A stretch of 64,000 nt of DNA from Macrostomum lignano (taxonomy: Eukaryota): the NCBI GenBank assembly GCA_002269645.1, contig NIVC01002792.1, positions 1 through 64,000 of the forward strand, written 5' to 3'. Within the stretch, counting starts at the first letter, position 1. Each line of letters starts with the position of its first letter. The notes beneath the pieces are model-generated. The model was given only the letters and a program-made list of their open reading frames with translations, did not search any database and had not been told where the DNA came from. The position numbers were made by a program, and so were the translations under genes. Shown here piece after piece: positions 63,612 to 64,000 of this stretch.

Positions 63612-64000
63612 CACTCAGCCACAGTCATTCAGACACAGTCACTCAGCCACAGTCACTCAGACAGTCACTCAGCCACAGTCACTCAGACACAGTCACTCAG
63701 ACACAGTCACTCAGCCACAGTCACTCAGACAGTCACTCAGACAGTCACTCAGACACAGTCACTCAGCCAGTCACTCAGACAGTCACTCAGCCACAGTCAC
63801 TCAGACAGTCACTCAGCCGCAGTCACTCAAACACAGTCACTCAGACAGTCACTCAGCCGCAGTCACTCAGACACAGTCACTCACAGACAGTCACTCAGAT
63901 AGTCACTCAGACATAGTCACTCAGCCACAGTCACTCAGACAGTCACTCAGACAGTCACTCAGACACAGTCATTCAGACACAGTCACTCAGCCGCAGTCAC
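63612..64000. repeat. 12-14 bp minisatellite (CAGTCACTCAGACA/GCCA)n, runs off the window
   Basis: Direct reading. Confidence 0.93.

Overview
Repeat-rich eukaryotic (metazoan) genomic DNA. GC3-rich exons, introns filled with minisatellites and TTAGGG-like tracts suggest a flatworm such as Macrostomum lignano; this assignment is an inference. Genes recognised: TMEM179-like (3 exons, -), an intronless synaptobrevin/VAMP (+), a beta-propeller protein (2 exons, -), CCDC146 (2 exons, -), a single-exon eLOTUS-domain-only protein (+), the 3' exons of an SLC22-type transporter (-), a myosuppressin/DMSR-like peptide GPCR (2 exons, -) and the 3' exons of a DEG/ENaC channel (-). Mobile DNA: a full-length LOA-like non-LTR retrotransposon (22063-27956, -; ORF1 plus APE-RT-RNase H-CCHC) bounded by a perfect 12-bp target-site duplication, three decayed RTE-like LINE fragments, several MITEs and a tRNA-derived SINE. 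More than 25 tandem arrays and one assembly gap (60115-60589) are present. Top finding: the first ~244 nt of the LOA-like element fold by hand into an HDV-like self-cleaving ribozyme whose predicted cleavage site falls exactly on the element's 5' boundary set by the TSD. Second: a minimal Tudor-less eLOTUS protein, a candidate Vasa activator in germ granules. Several frameshifts are repaired by one extra base in a short homopolymer, so they are treated as probable assembly errors, not pseudogenisation.
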